Shown piece by piece: positions 8,357 to 16,441 of a DNA stretch of 32,000 nt. The translations under genes were made by a program, and so were the position numbers. The DNA lies in the NCBI GenBank assembly GCA_022646745.1, contig CP060262.1, positions 180,001 to 212,000 on the forward strand, in the 5' to 3' direction. The DNA is from Planctomycetales bacterium. Lineage in GTDB: Bacteria > 4484-113 > JAFGCY01. Numbering within the stretch: position 1 is the stretch's first letter; every line of letters begins with the position of its first letter. The notes below the pieces were generated by a model that was given only the letters and a program-made list of their open reading frames with translations, was not told where the DNA came from and ran no database searches.

Positions 8357-9991
8357 TTACTCTTCCGCCAGGAAGGGATAGCGGTAGTCAGTCGGCGGCA
8401 CGAAGGCCTCCTTGATGGTGCGCGGGCTGACCCAGCGCAGCAGGTTCAGTGCGCTGCCGGCCTTGTCGTTCGTGCCGCTGGCACGCGCGCCGCCGAAGGG
8501 CTGCTGGCCGACCACCGCACCGGTGGGCTTGTCGTTGATGTAGAAGTTGCCGGCGCAGTCAGCCAGCGCCGCAGCCGCGTGGTTGATCACGCGGCGGTCG
8601 CGGGCGAAGATGCTGCCGGTCAGGGCGTAGGGGGAGGTCTCGTTGCAGATGCCGAGCATCTTCTCGTAGTCCTTCTCCTTATATACATGGATCGTGAGCA
8701 CGGGGCCGAAGATCTCCTCCACCATCGTGCGGTAGTCCGGCTTCTTCGCGAGGATCACGGTCGGGTCGATGAAGAAGCCGACCTTGTCGGAGAACTCGCC
8801 ACCGAACTCAATCGTGGCATCCTTGCTGCGCTTGGCGGCCTTGATGTAGCCCGTGATCTTGTCATAGGCGCGGCGGTCGATCACCGCGTTGACGAAGTTG
8901 CGGAAGTCACGCGGGTCGCCGACCTTGATCTCTGAAAGCATCTTCGCCATGTGCTGACGCACCTTGGGCCACATCCCGGCGGGGACATAGGCACGGCTGG
9001 CGGCGGAGCACTTCTGGCCCTGGTACTCGAAGGCACCGCGCACGAGTGCGACGGCGACTGCCAGCGGGTCAGCGCTTTCATGCACGAACACGAAGTCCTT
9101 GCCGCCGGTCTCGCCGACCACGCGCGGGTAGTTGCGGTACTTCGGCAGGTTGTCGGCGACCACGCGCTGGATGTACTGGAAGGTGGCGGTGGAGCCGGTG
9201 AAGTGCACTCCGGCGAGGTCCGGGTGGTGCAGCACGGCGTTGCCGATGGTCGGGCCGTCGCCGGGCAGCATGTTGACAACACCCTCCGGCAGGCCGGCCT
9301 CGTGCAGGATCTCCATGATCAGCGCGGCGCTGTGCATCGCGGTCTCGCTCGGTTTCCAGACGGCGACGTTGCCCATCAGGGCGGGGGCCGTCGGCAGGTT
9401 GGCCTGGATGCTCGTGAAGTTGAACGGCGTGATCGCGAAGATGAAGCCGTCCAGCGGGCGGTGCTCCAGCTGGTTCCAGATGCCACTCGGGCTGATTGGC
9501 GGCTGGTCGGCGTAGATCTGCTCGGCGTACCAGCAGTTGAAGCGCCAGAAGTCCGCCAGCTCGCAGACGGCATCGATCTCGGACTGGAAGATGTTCTTGC
9601 CCTGCCCGAGCATGGTGGAGGCGTTCATCTTCGCGCGGTATGGTCCGGCCAGCAGGTCGGCGGCCTTCAGGAAGACGGCTGCGCGGTCCTGCCAGGGCAG
9701 CGCGGCCCAGGCCGGGCGGGCCTTCAGCGCGGCGTCAATCGCGCGCTGGGCCTCCTTCGCACCGGCCATGTGGAACTTCGCAATCACGGTGGAATGCTCA
9801 TGCGGCATCACCACCTCGCCTGTCCTGCCGGTGCGCACATTGCGTCCGTTGATGATGCAGGGGATGTCAATCGCCTTCGCACTCTGCTTCTTCAGCTCAG
9901 CCTTGACCGCGGCCTTCTCGGCGCTGCCGGGGGCATAGCCCAGCACCGGCTCGTTGCCGGGTACGGGAATCTTCGGGATATAGTTGCTCAT
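8357..9991 (-). CDS. pruA: L-glutamate gamma-semialdehyde (1-pyrroline-5-carboxylate) dehydrogenase
   Basis: The ORF track gives 630 aa from 10249. The family-typical N-terminus MSNYIPKIPVPGNEPVLGYAPGS starts at ATG 9991 (544 aa, GAGG upstream). The longer version would overlap the divergent gene at 10143. Motifs: ETGGKDF, EYQGQKCSA, RWVSPRTIKE. Confidence 0.85.
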   Translation of the reverse strand: MSNYIPKIPVPGNEPVLGYAPGSAEKAAVKAELKKQSAKAIDIPCIINGRNVRTGRTGEVVMPHEHSTVIAKFHMAGAKEAQRAIDAALKARPAWAALPWQDRAAVFLKAADLLAGPYRAKMNASTMLGQGKNIFQSEIDAVCELADFWRFNCWYAEQIYADQPPISPSGIWNQLEHRPLDGFIFAITPFNFTSIQANLPTAPALMGNVAVWKPSETAMHSAALIMEILHEAGLPEGVVNMLPGDGPTIGNAVLHHPDLAGVHFTGSTATFQYIQRVVADNLPKYRNYPRVVGETGGKDFVFVHESADPLAVAVALVRGAFEYQGQKCSAASRAYVPAGMWPKVRQHMAKMLSEIKVGDPRDFRNFVNAVIDRRAYDKITGYIKAAKRSKDATIEFGGEFSDKVGFFIDPTVILAKKPDYRTMVEEIFGPVLTIHVYKEKDYEKMLGICNETSPYALTGSIFARDRRVINHAAAALADCAGNFYINDKPTGAVVGQQPFGGARASGTNDKAGSALNLLRWVSPRTIKEAFVPPTDYRYPFLAEE

Positions 9992-10142
9992 CACACAAGC
10001 CTCGTTTCTTTGGATGGCCCCGCGGGGCAGCACCAATGATAACAGTCGGGGCATGGCGGATTGAACAAAGTGCAGGCCGGACACGACTGAGCTGCCAAGC
10101 CCGGACCGCTGGAACCAGCCTCCGGCCCGGCAAGGAGTTGAA

Positions 10143-10958
10143 ATGAAGAGAAACGCGATCATGATTGCGGTTTCCGTGCTTTGTGCAGTGCTGCTGGCCA
10201 GTGGCTGCGACAAGGCTTCCAAGGCAGGCGAAAGCGCTGACAGCAACACCCCGCAGACGATCCCGGCCAGCGAGCAACACGGCAGTGCTGCCAGCAGCGA
10301 AGGACATGAGCATGCGGATGCTGACGGGCATCACATGGATATGCATGGCGACATGGACCATGGCACGGACGTGACCAAGAGCACCTCACCTGCGGTCGGC
10401 AGCCCCTACGCGCTGGCAAGCTGTCCGGTGTCCGGGGAGGAACTCGGGTCAATGGGCGATCCGATCCACTACAACTACCAGGGCCGTGACATTGAGTTCT
10501 GCTGCCAGAGCTGCGTGCCGAAGTTCGAGGCCGACCCGGCGAAGTACATCGCCGAGATCGACGCGAGGATGATCGAGCAGCAGATGGCGGACTACCCGCT
10601 GGACAGCTGCCCCGTCACCGGCGACAAGCTTGGTGCCGAGGGCGAGACGGTGGACATCATCTTTGACAACCGGCTGGTGCGCTTCTGCTGCGCCGACTGC
10701 GTGAAGGACTTCAAGGCCGACCCGGCAAAGTACCTGTCGAAGATCGATGAGGCTCTGATTGCCAGCCAGTCCGCCAGCTACCCGCTGGACAAGTGCGTGG
10801 TGACGGGAGACGCACTCGGCGAGGATGGCGACAGGATCAACTATGTCGTCGGTTCCACGCTGATCGAGCTGTGCTGCGAGGACTGCAAGCACGACGTTGC
10901 CGCCAACCCGGCCAAGTACCTTGAGATGGTGCACAAGGCCCGCGGCGACCAGGCCTAG
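10143..10958 (+). CDS. Lipoprotein with a His/Met/Asp-rich stretch and three tandem YHS/TRASH-like modules (putative periplasmic copper-binding protein)
   Basis: AAGGAG lies 7 nt upstream of the ATG. Lipobox LLASG-C. GHEHADADGHHMDMHGDMDHG at aa 53-74. Three ~60-aa repeats follow the pattern YPLxxCPVxGxxLGxxG...FCCxxCxxxFxADPAKY (Cys at 94/120/121/124, 156/182/183/186, 218/244/245/248). Confidence 0.7.
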   Translation: MKRNAIMIAVSVLCAVLLASGCDKASKAGESADSNTPQTIPASEQHGSAASSEGHEHADADGHHMDMHGDMDHGTDVTKSTSPAVGSPYALASCPVSGEELGSMGDPIHYNYQGRDIEFCCQSCVPKFEADPAKYIAEIDARMIEQQMADYPLDSCPVTGDKLGAEGETVDIIFDNRLVRFCCADCVKDFKADPAKYLSKIDEALIASQSASYPLDKCVVTGDALGEDGDRINYVVGSTLIELCCEDCKHDVAANPAKYLEMVHKARGDQA

Positions 10959-10990
10959 CCAATTCGCAACAAGATTCCCCTACATTGCCA

Positions 10991-11016
10991 GACGCGGGTC
11001 CCACGGGGCCCGCGTC
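10991..11016. terminator. GC-rich hairpin between the convergent lipoprotein gene and copA
   Basis: GACGCGGG-tcccacgggg-CCCGCGTC, followed by ctgcgTTTcc. The U-tract is weak. Confidence 0.5.
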
Positions 11017-11029
11017 CTGCGTTTCCGGC

Positions 11030-13558
11030 TCAGCGCTCCGACCTGGCTGAGCGCAGGCGCAGGGCATTGCCGATCACGCTCACGGATGACAGGGCCATGG
11101 CGGCACTGGCCACCATCGGGTTCAGCAGGTGCCCGGTCAGCGGCAGCAGCAGCCCGGCGGCCAGTGGCACTCCGAGCGAGTTGTAGATGAAGGCCAGGAA
11201 CAGGTTCTGGCGGATGTTGCCAACGATGTCACGGCTCAGCCTGCGTGCGCGGATGATGCCGTCGAGGTTGCCACGCACAAGCGTGATGCCACTGGACTGG
11301 ATGGCGATGTCCGTGCCGGTGCCCATTGCGATGCCGACCTCGGCCTGGGCCAGCGCGGCGGCATCGTTGATGCCGTCACCGGCCATCGCCACGGACAGTC
11401 CCTGCTGCTGCAGCTGCGTGACCTTGGCATGCTTGTCCTCCGGCATGACCTCAGCAAACACCTCGTCGATGCCCAGCTGCGATGCCACGGCCTGGGCGGT
11501 GGAGCTGTTGTCACCGGTGAGCAGCATGATGCGCAGGCCGTCGGCGCGCAGGGCGCGGATCGCTTCCGCAGCCCCCTCACGGACCGGGTCGGTGATGCCC
11601 AGCAGGCCCAGCAGGCGCCCGCCGCTGGCCACGTAGACAACCGTATGCGCTGATTGCTGCAGCCCATGGGCCACGTCGTCAAGCTCCGTGCCTTCGATGG
11701 ACTGTGATTCCATCAGGCGGCGGTTGCCAAGCGAGACCGGCTCGCCGCCCAGGCGGCCGCGCACTCCCTTGCCGGTGACGGACTCGAAGTCCTGCAGGCC
11801 GGATGAGTCAATATTGCGCTCCCGGCAATAATCCAGCACAGCCTGCGCCAGCGGATGTTCGCTGCCAGCCTCCAGGGCAGCTGCCACCCGCAGCAGCCTG
11901 GCTTCCTCAACACCATCGACCAGCTTTACGGCGCGCACGGCGGGCCGGCCCTCGGTCAGCGTGCCGGTCTTGTCAACCAGCAGCACGTCCACCGCAGCCA
12001 TCCGTTCCAGCGCTTCGGCGTCGCTGACCAGCACACCCTCACGGGCTCCGCGGCCCATGCCGACCATCACCGACATCGGCGTTGCCAGTCCGAGTGCGCA
12101 GGGGCAGGCGATGATCAGCACGGCGATCGCGCAGAATATCGCCAGGTCAATGCGCTGATAGTACAGCCACCAGACAAGGTATGAGAGCACGGCGACGGCC
12201 ATCACGGCAGGTACGAACCAGGCACTGACCCGGTCGGCGAGGTTCTGCAGCGGTGCGCGGCTGCGCTGGGCCTGCTGCACCATAGAGACGATGCGCGCGA
12301 GCATCGTGTCAGAGCCGACCCTGGTGGCTTCAATCACCAGGCCGCCGCGGCCATTGACTGTCCCGGCGCTGACCAGCTCACCGGGCTGCTTCTGCACAGC
12401 CAGCGGCTCACCGCTGAGCATTGATTCATCAACGCTGCTGCTGCCCTCGCGCACCTCGCCATCAACCGGCACCTTCTCGCCGGGCCGTACCCGCAGCCTG
12501 TCACCGACCTGTACCTCCTCCAGCGGCACTTCCTGCTCACCGCCCTCAGTGATGCGCAGCGCCGAGGGAGGAGCGAGGTCCAGCAGCGCGCGGATGGCGG
12601 ACCCGGTGCTGGCCCGGGCACGGGCCTCCAGCACCTGGCCGAGCAGCACGAGTGCGCTGATCACGGCCGCGCTTTCGAAATAGACGGAGGGCAATCCGCC
12701 CATGAATGCATTGTCAGGCAGGGTCTGCGGGAACAGCAGGGCGTAGAGCGAGTAGAGCCAGGCGGTGCTGACACCGATCATGATCAGGCTCCACATGTTC
12801 AGGCTGCGGTTGGCGAATGAGGCCCAGCCGCGGCTGAAGAACATCGCGCCGCTCCAGAAGACAACGGGCGTGGTCAGGGCAAGCTGGATCCACAGGCCGC
12901 TCATGCCGAGCTTCATCGCCAGGCCGTGGTGCATGCTGACAACTATCAGGGGCACGCTCAGCACGGTGGCAACGATGAAGCGCAGCAGCAGAGCACGGTA
13001 GGCCTGCTGCTCATGCTGGTCGGACTCGGCGCTGGCCTCCATCGGCTCCAGGTCCATGCCACACTTGGGACATGAACCGGGTTTGTCGCGAATGATTTCC
13101 GGATGCATCGGGCAGGTCCACTTGCCCTTGTATGACGTGCTGGCAGGCTTGCCGGCAGCGGCCTGGGCATGCCCAGCATGGCCGGAGTGCCTGCCGTGGA
13201 TGTACGTGTACGGTTCAGCATCGAACTTCTGCTTGCAGCCTGCGCTGCAGAAGTGGTAGTCCTTCCCTTCAAAGTGGCTGTGGTGCTGAGTGGCCTGCGG
13301 ATCGACGTCCATCCCACATACCAGGTCCTTAACCCTGGCCGGCATCGCAGCAGGCTCAGCCCCGTGGCCTGAATGGCCTGCATGTCCGCCATGCATGTAT
13401 CTGTGTGGATCAGCATCGAACTTCCGCTTGCAGCCAGCGCTGCAGAAGTGATAGTCCTCACCATCCACGCTCGTATGGTGCTGCGACTTGTGTGGGTCGA
13501 CGTCCATCCCGCAGACAGGATCCTTCACGTTTGTGATGTCTGTCATCTCATCCTGCAT
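11030..13558 (-). CDS. copA: Copper-translocating P1B-type ATPase with two YHS/TRASH domains and an HMBD at the N-terminus
   Basis: Motifs [37 protein letters not shown], the YN in FIYNSLGVP and MALSSVSV together give a Cu(I)-type P1B-1 signature. The N-terminus has DPVCGMDV...[19 protein letters not shown] twice, plus [22 protein letters not shown]. The track start at 13585 is TTG. I prefer ATG 13558 (MQDEM...), and ATG 13546 is also possible. Confidence 0.9.
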   Translation of the reverse strand: MQDEMTDITNVKDPVCGMDVDPHKSQHHTSVDGEDYHFCSAGCKRKFDADPHRYMHGGHAGHSGHGAEPAAMPARVKDLVCGMDVDPQATQHHSHFEGKDYHFCSAGCKQKFDAEPYTYIHGRHSGHAGHAQAAAGKPASTSYKGKWTCPMHPEIIRDKPGSCPKCGMDLEPMEASAESDQHEQQAYRALLLRFIVATVLSVPLIVVSMHHGLAMKLGMSGLWIQLALTTPVVFWSGAMFFSRGWASFANRSLNMWSLIMIGVSTAWLYSLYALLFPQTLPDNAFMGGLPSVYFESAAVISALVLLGQVLEARARASTGSAIRALLDLAPPSALRITEGGEQEVPLEEVQVGDRLRVRPGEKVPVDGEVREGSSSVDESMLSGEPLAVQKQPGELVSAGTVNGRGGLVIEATRVGSDTMLARIVSMVQQAQRSRAPLQNLADRVSAWFVPAVMAVAVLSYLVWWLYYQRIDLAIFCAIAVLIIACPCALGLATPMSVMVGMGRGAREGVLVSDAEALERMAAVDVLLVDKTGTLTEGRPAVRAVKLVDGVEEARLLRVAAALEAGSEHPLAQAVLDYCRERNIDSSGLQDFESVTGKGVRGRLGGEPVSLGNRRLMESQSIEGTELDDVAHGLQQSAHTVVYVASGGRLLGLLGITDPVREGAAEAIRALRADGLRIMLLTGDNSSTAQAVASQLGIDEVFAEVMPEDKHAKVTQLQQQGLSVAMAGDGINDAAALAQAEVGIAMGTGTDIAIQSSGITLVRGNLDGIIRARRLSRDIVGNIRQNLFLAFIYNSLGVPLAAGLLLPLTGHLLNPMVASAAMALSSVSVIGNALRLRSARSER

Positions 13559-13670
13559 TGTTATTGGTATCCATGTAAATGACAATTAGCCTGATTGGAA
13601 CTGCGGGCAGCCCAGCGGATGCCGGCCCCACAGTGGAATACTGCTGATACTCAAAGTAGAATGTATATGG

Positions 13671-16055
13671 TTGGACACGGATCAGAAAACCCATGGCGGT
13701 GAGCACGGGGCGGGAGGCGATTCCCATCTCCACCTGAGTTTTGAGCGAAGTCTCGGCCTGTTCGATGCCACGATGCTCGGACTGGGCGTGATGCTCGGAG
13801 CCGGCGTGTTCGTGCTGGTGGGCGTGGCTGCCGAAATGAGCGGCCCGGCGGCGATCCTGGTGTTCGCCCTGAACGCGATCGTGACCATGTTCACGGCCTA
13901 CTCCTACATGGAGCTGTCCAGCGCCATCCCGGAGGCCGGAGGCGGCTTCAGCTACATTTCCAAGGCCTTCCCGCCCTGGGTCAGCTTCATCGCCGGCTGG
14001 ATGCTGTGGATGGCGATCGTGATCTCCTGCGCCCTGTTCTCGATGGGCTTTGGCGGCTATCTCTGGGAACTGGTGCACCTCTACCTGCCCGGCGTGTATG
14101 AATATGGCAACGAGCTGCTTTCCTTCTGGAAGGATGGGCCGGACATCCTGATGTCCGTGCTGGTCTGCCTCGGCTTCGTGCTGATCAACATCAAGGGCGC
14201 GGACGTGACCGGCAAGGCGGAGAACTGGCTGACGATCGGCAAACTGGCCACACTGGCAGTCTTCCTGCTGTTTGGTGCACTTTCAATCACAAAGCATCCG
14301 CAGGTCGCCATGCAGTCACTGGAACCCTTCCTGACGAATGGCCCGCTCAGCATCCTGATGGCGATGGGTGTGACCTTCATCGCGTTCGGTGGTTATGACC
14401 TGATCGCGGCGATGGCTGAGGAAGTGCATGAACCGAGGAAGACCATCCCGCGTGCAATCTGGCTGTCCTTCCTGGTCTCAAGCATAGCGAGAGTTGTCAT
14501 CGTGGCGATAGTGATCACCTGCCTGCCGGTGATTGACGGCGAACCGGGCTGGAAGCTGATCAGCATGCACGGCAAGACCGGCCTCGTGAAGGCCAGCCAG
14601 TACATCATGTCGCCGGCCTGGGTGTTCATCGTAGCGCTCGGCGGACTGATGGCAACCACCGGTGCGCTGAACGCCGCACTGCTGGCCGGCAGCCGTGTGT
14701 CCTATACGATGGGGCGGCGGCGAATGCTGCCATCGCTGTTCACGATCCTGCATTCCAGCAACCGCACGCCCTGGATGGCGATCGCGATCACCGGTGCGCT
14801 GACGGCGACCTTCTGCGTACTGTTTGATGTGAAGACGGTTGGCAGCGCCGCGAGCGTGATGTTCCTGTTCGTGTTCGCGCTGGCCAATGCCTCGCTGCTG
14901 GCGTTGCGCCGGCGCAGCAATTACCGGCCGCTGTACAAGGTGCCGCTCTACCCGCTGTTCCCGTTGCTCGGAGTGCTGACCTGCCTCGGGCTGGCCATCG
15001 GACAGTTCATGATGCCGCACACCGGCGCCGTGGATGTGGCGGTGACCTTTGGTTGGATCGTGCTAGGCCTGCTGGCCTTCTTCCTCTACTTCCGCCACCG
15101 GATGGACCCGGAGGAGGTCAAGGTGGCGATCCCCGACATCGATGCGCGCACCCTGCGCGGGCTGGAGCCGCGCTACCGCATCATGGTGCCCTGCCACAAC
15201 CCGCGCAACGTGCCATCACTGATCCGGCTGGCCGCCCGGCTGGCCCAGCCCTACGGTGACAACGCCGAGATCGTCGGAGTGACGGTGGCCGAGGTTCCGG
15301 TGCAGCTGGAGGTGCACCAGGGGATGGAGATCATCGCCGAGTATGAGGAGCTGCTGCACCGCGCTGAAGCCGTTGCCAGGGAACTTGACGTGCGCTTCCG
15401 GGCTGAGCTGCGGCTGGCCCACAACACTGCCAAGGCGATCACGCAGCTGGCCCGGCTGGAGCGTGTGGACCTGCTTGTGCTTGGCTGGAAGGGCTACGAG
15501 ACGCGCACCGAGGCGATCTTCGGCAGCCTGATTGACGACATCATCGAGAACGCGCCCTGCGACCTGCTGCTGGCGAAGATCACGCATGACTTCCACCCGC
15601 CCTTCGACCGCGTGCTGCTGACAACGGCAGGCCAGGAGAATGACATGATGGCGGCGCGCCTGACGGCGGAGCTGGTGAATGACGACGCCAAGGTCACGAT
15701 CTGCACGGTGACCAAGCCCGATGCCGGCAGCGACAAGATCCAGCGTGCCAGCAAGCGCCTGCTGCAGACCCGCGAGGCCTTTGAACAGGTCGGCGGACCA
15801 GAGATCGAGCTGGAGGAACGGATCCTCAGCGGCCGCGACATCCCGGGGGCGATCATTGACGAAGCCTGGGAGAGCCGCAGCGAGGTGATCATGGTCGGCG
15901 CGAAGGATGAAAGCTACTTCCGCCACGTGTTCGTTGGCTACGTGCCGGAGCGGCTGGCGCTGATGAGCGACCATCCGGTGATGCTCTACAAGCGCCACAG
16001 CGGGCCGCGCACCGTGCTCAGCCGCCTGCTCGGACCGCGCGCCCCGCGTGACTGA
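13671..16055 (+). CDS. APC-superfamily amino acid permease fused to two C-terminal universal stress protein (Usp) domains
   Basis: 794 aa. N-terminus SLGLFDATMLGLGVMLGAGVFVLVG plus about 12 hydrophobic segments. C-terminal Usp1 is YRIMVPCHNPRN...LGWKGYETRTEAIFGSLIDDI and Usp2 is FDRVLLTTAG...VGAKDESYFRHVFVGYVPERL. The start at 13671 is TTG and is uncertain. Confidence 0.8.
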   Translation: MDTDQKTHGGEHGAGGDSHLHLSFERSLGLFDATMLGLGVMLGAGVFVLVGVAAEMSGPAAILVFALNAIVTMFTAYSYMELSSAIPEAGGGFSYISKAFPPWVSFIAGWMLWMAIVISCALFSMGFGGYLWELVHLYLPGVYEYGNELLSFWKDGPDILMSVLVCLGFVLINIKGADVTGKAENWLTIGKLATLAVFLLFGALSITKHPQVAMQSLEPFLTNGPLSILMAMGVTFIAFGGYDLIAAMAEEVHEPRKTIPRAIWLSFLVSSIARVVIVAIVITCLPVIDGEPGWKLISMHGKTGLVKASQYIMSPAWVFIVALGGLMATTGALNAALLAGSRVSYTMGRRRMLPSLFTILHSSNRTPWMAIAITGALTATFCVLFDVKTVGSAASVMFLFVFALANASLLALRRRSNYRPLYKVPLYPLFPLLGVLTCLGLAIGQFMMPHTGAVDVAVTFGWIVLGLLAFFLYFRHRMDPEEVKVAIPDIDARTLRGLEPRYRIMVPCHNPRNVPSLIRLAARLAQPYGDNAEIVGVTVAEVPVQLEVHQGMEIIAEYEELLHRAEAVARELDVRFRAELRLAHNTAKAITQLARLERVDLLVLGWKGYETRTEAIFGSLIDDIIENAPCDLLLAKITHDFHPPFDRVLLTTAGQENDMMAARLTAELVNDDAKVTICTVTKPDAGSDKIQRASKRLLQTREAFEQVGGPEIELEERILSGRDIPGAIIDEAWESRSEVIMVGAKDESYFRHVFVGYVPERLALMSDHPVMLYKRHSGPRTVLSRLLGPRAPRD

Positions 16056-16283
16056 TCAGGCCAGGTACCACAGCACGTAGGGACCGATGCCGACAGCCGA
16101 GAGCAGCAGCACAGCGATCCCCAGCAGCAACAGCGCGCCGGCGTTGTCATGGACCTCCTGGGCCGGCCCCTGCTCCCAGACCAGCCTGCGTTCGATGCGG
16201 CGGCGGTAGCACGCTTCCGCCTGCCCCGGCGGCTTCCCTGCCACCGGCCTACGAAACATGCTTGTCACTGTGCTGTTGTCCAT
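16056..16283 (-). CDS. Hypothetical small protein with one C-terminal TM segment (doubtful)
   Basis: 75-aa ORF with the TM-like segment ALLLLGIAVLLLSAVGIGPYVLWYL. Its stop abuts the permease stop directly (TGA|TCA at 16053-16058). There is no recognisable motif. Confidence 0.3.
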   Translation of the reverse strand: MDNSTVTSMFRRPVAGKPPGQAEACYRRRIERRLVWEQGPAQEVHDNAGALLLLGIAVLLLSAVGIGPYVLWYLA

Positions 16284-16382
16284 CTCCGTACTCCCTTACT
16301 GGATCTGACAACAGCATGTTAACCGCGCCGGATGGCCACTGACAGGGCCACCGCAGCCTCTGTTCAGGAGTGACACTGGCGC

Positions 16383-16411
16383 AAAAAAAACCGGCGGGAC
16401 AAGCCCGCCGG
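16383..16411 (-). terminator. Rho-independent terminator of the binding-protein gene
   Basis: The minus strand reads CCGGCGGG-cttgt-CCCGCCGG-TTTTTTTT, about 30 nt after the stop at 16442. Confidence 0.85.
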
Positions 16412-16441
16412 TGGTTCAATTCGGTTCTTACTGACTGTGGA

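Noticed and set aside
6958-8415. 485-aa plus-strand ORF, one of many long ORFs antisense to real genes (others include 26782..28401, 8951..10039, 15216..15998, 22202..23170, 16370..17329, 401..928, 5084..5758, 24540..25106 and 30407..31189)
   Set aside because: Each lies fully antisense to a gene with clear family motifs. Their translations are Arg/Ala/Gly/His/Val-rich low-complexity strings with no motifs. Stop-poor antisense frames are expected in GC-rich DNA with a GC3 bias.
9992-10249. N-terminal 86-aa extension of the P5C dehydrogenase ORF (630-aa version in the track)
   Set aside because: The extension has no similarity to the family N-terminus, which begins at MSNYIPK (ATG 9991, RBS-like GAGG upstream). 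It would also overlap the divergent lipoprotein gene, which has a strong AAGGAG RBS.
13548-14078. 176-aa minus-strand ORF spanning the copA/permease divergent region
   Set aside because: It is antisense to the N-terminal transmembrane region of the permease. Its composition is His/Gly/Arg/Gln-rich without motifs, and it would eliminate the promoter region between two well-supported genes.
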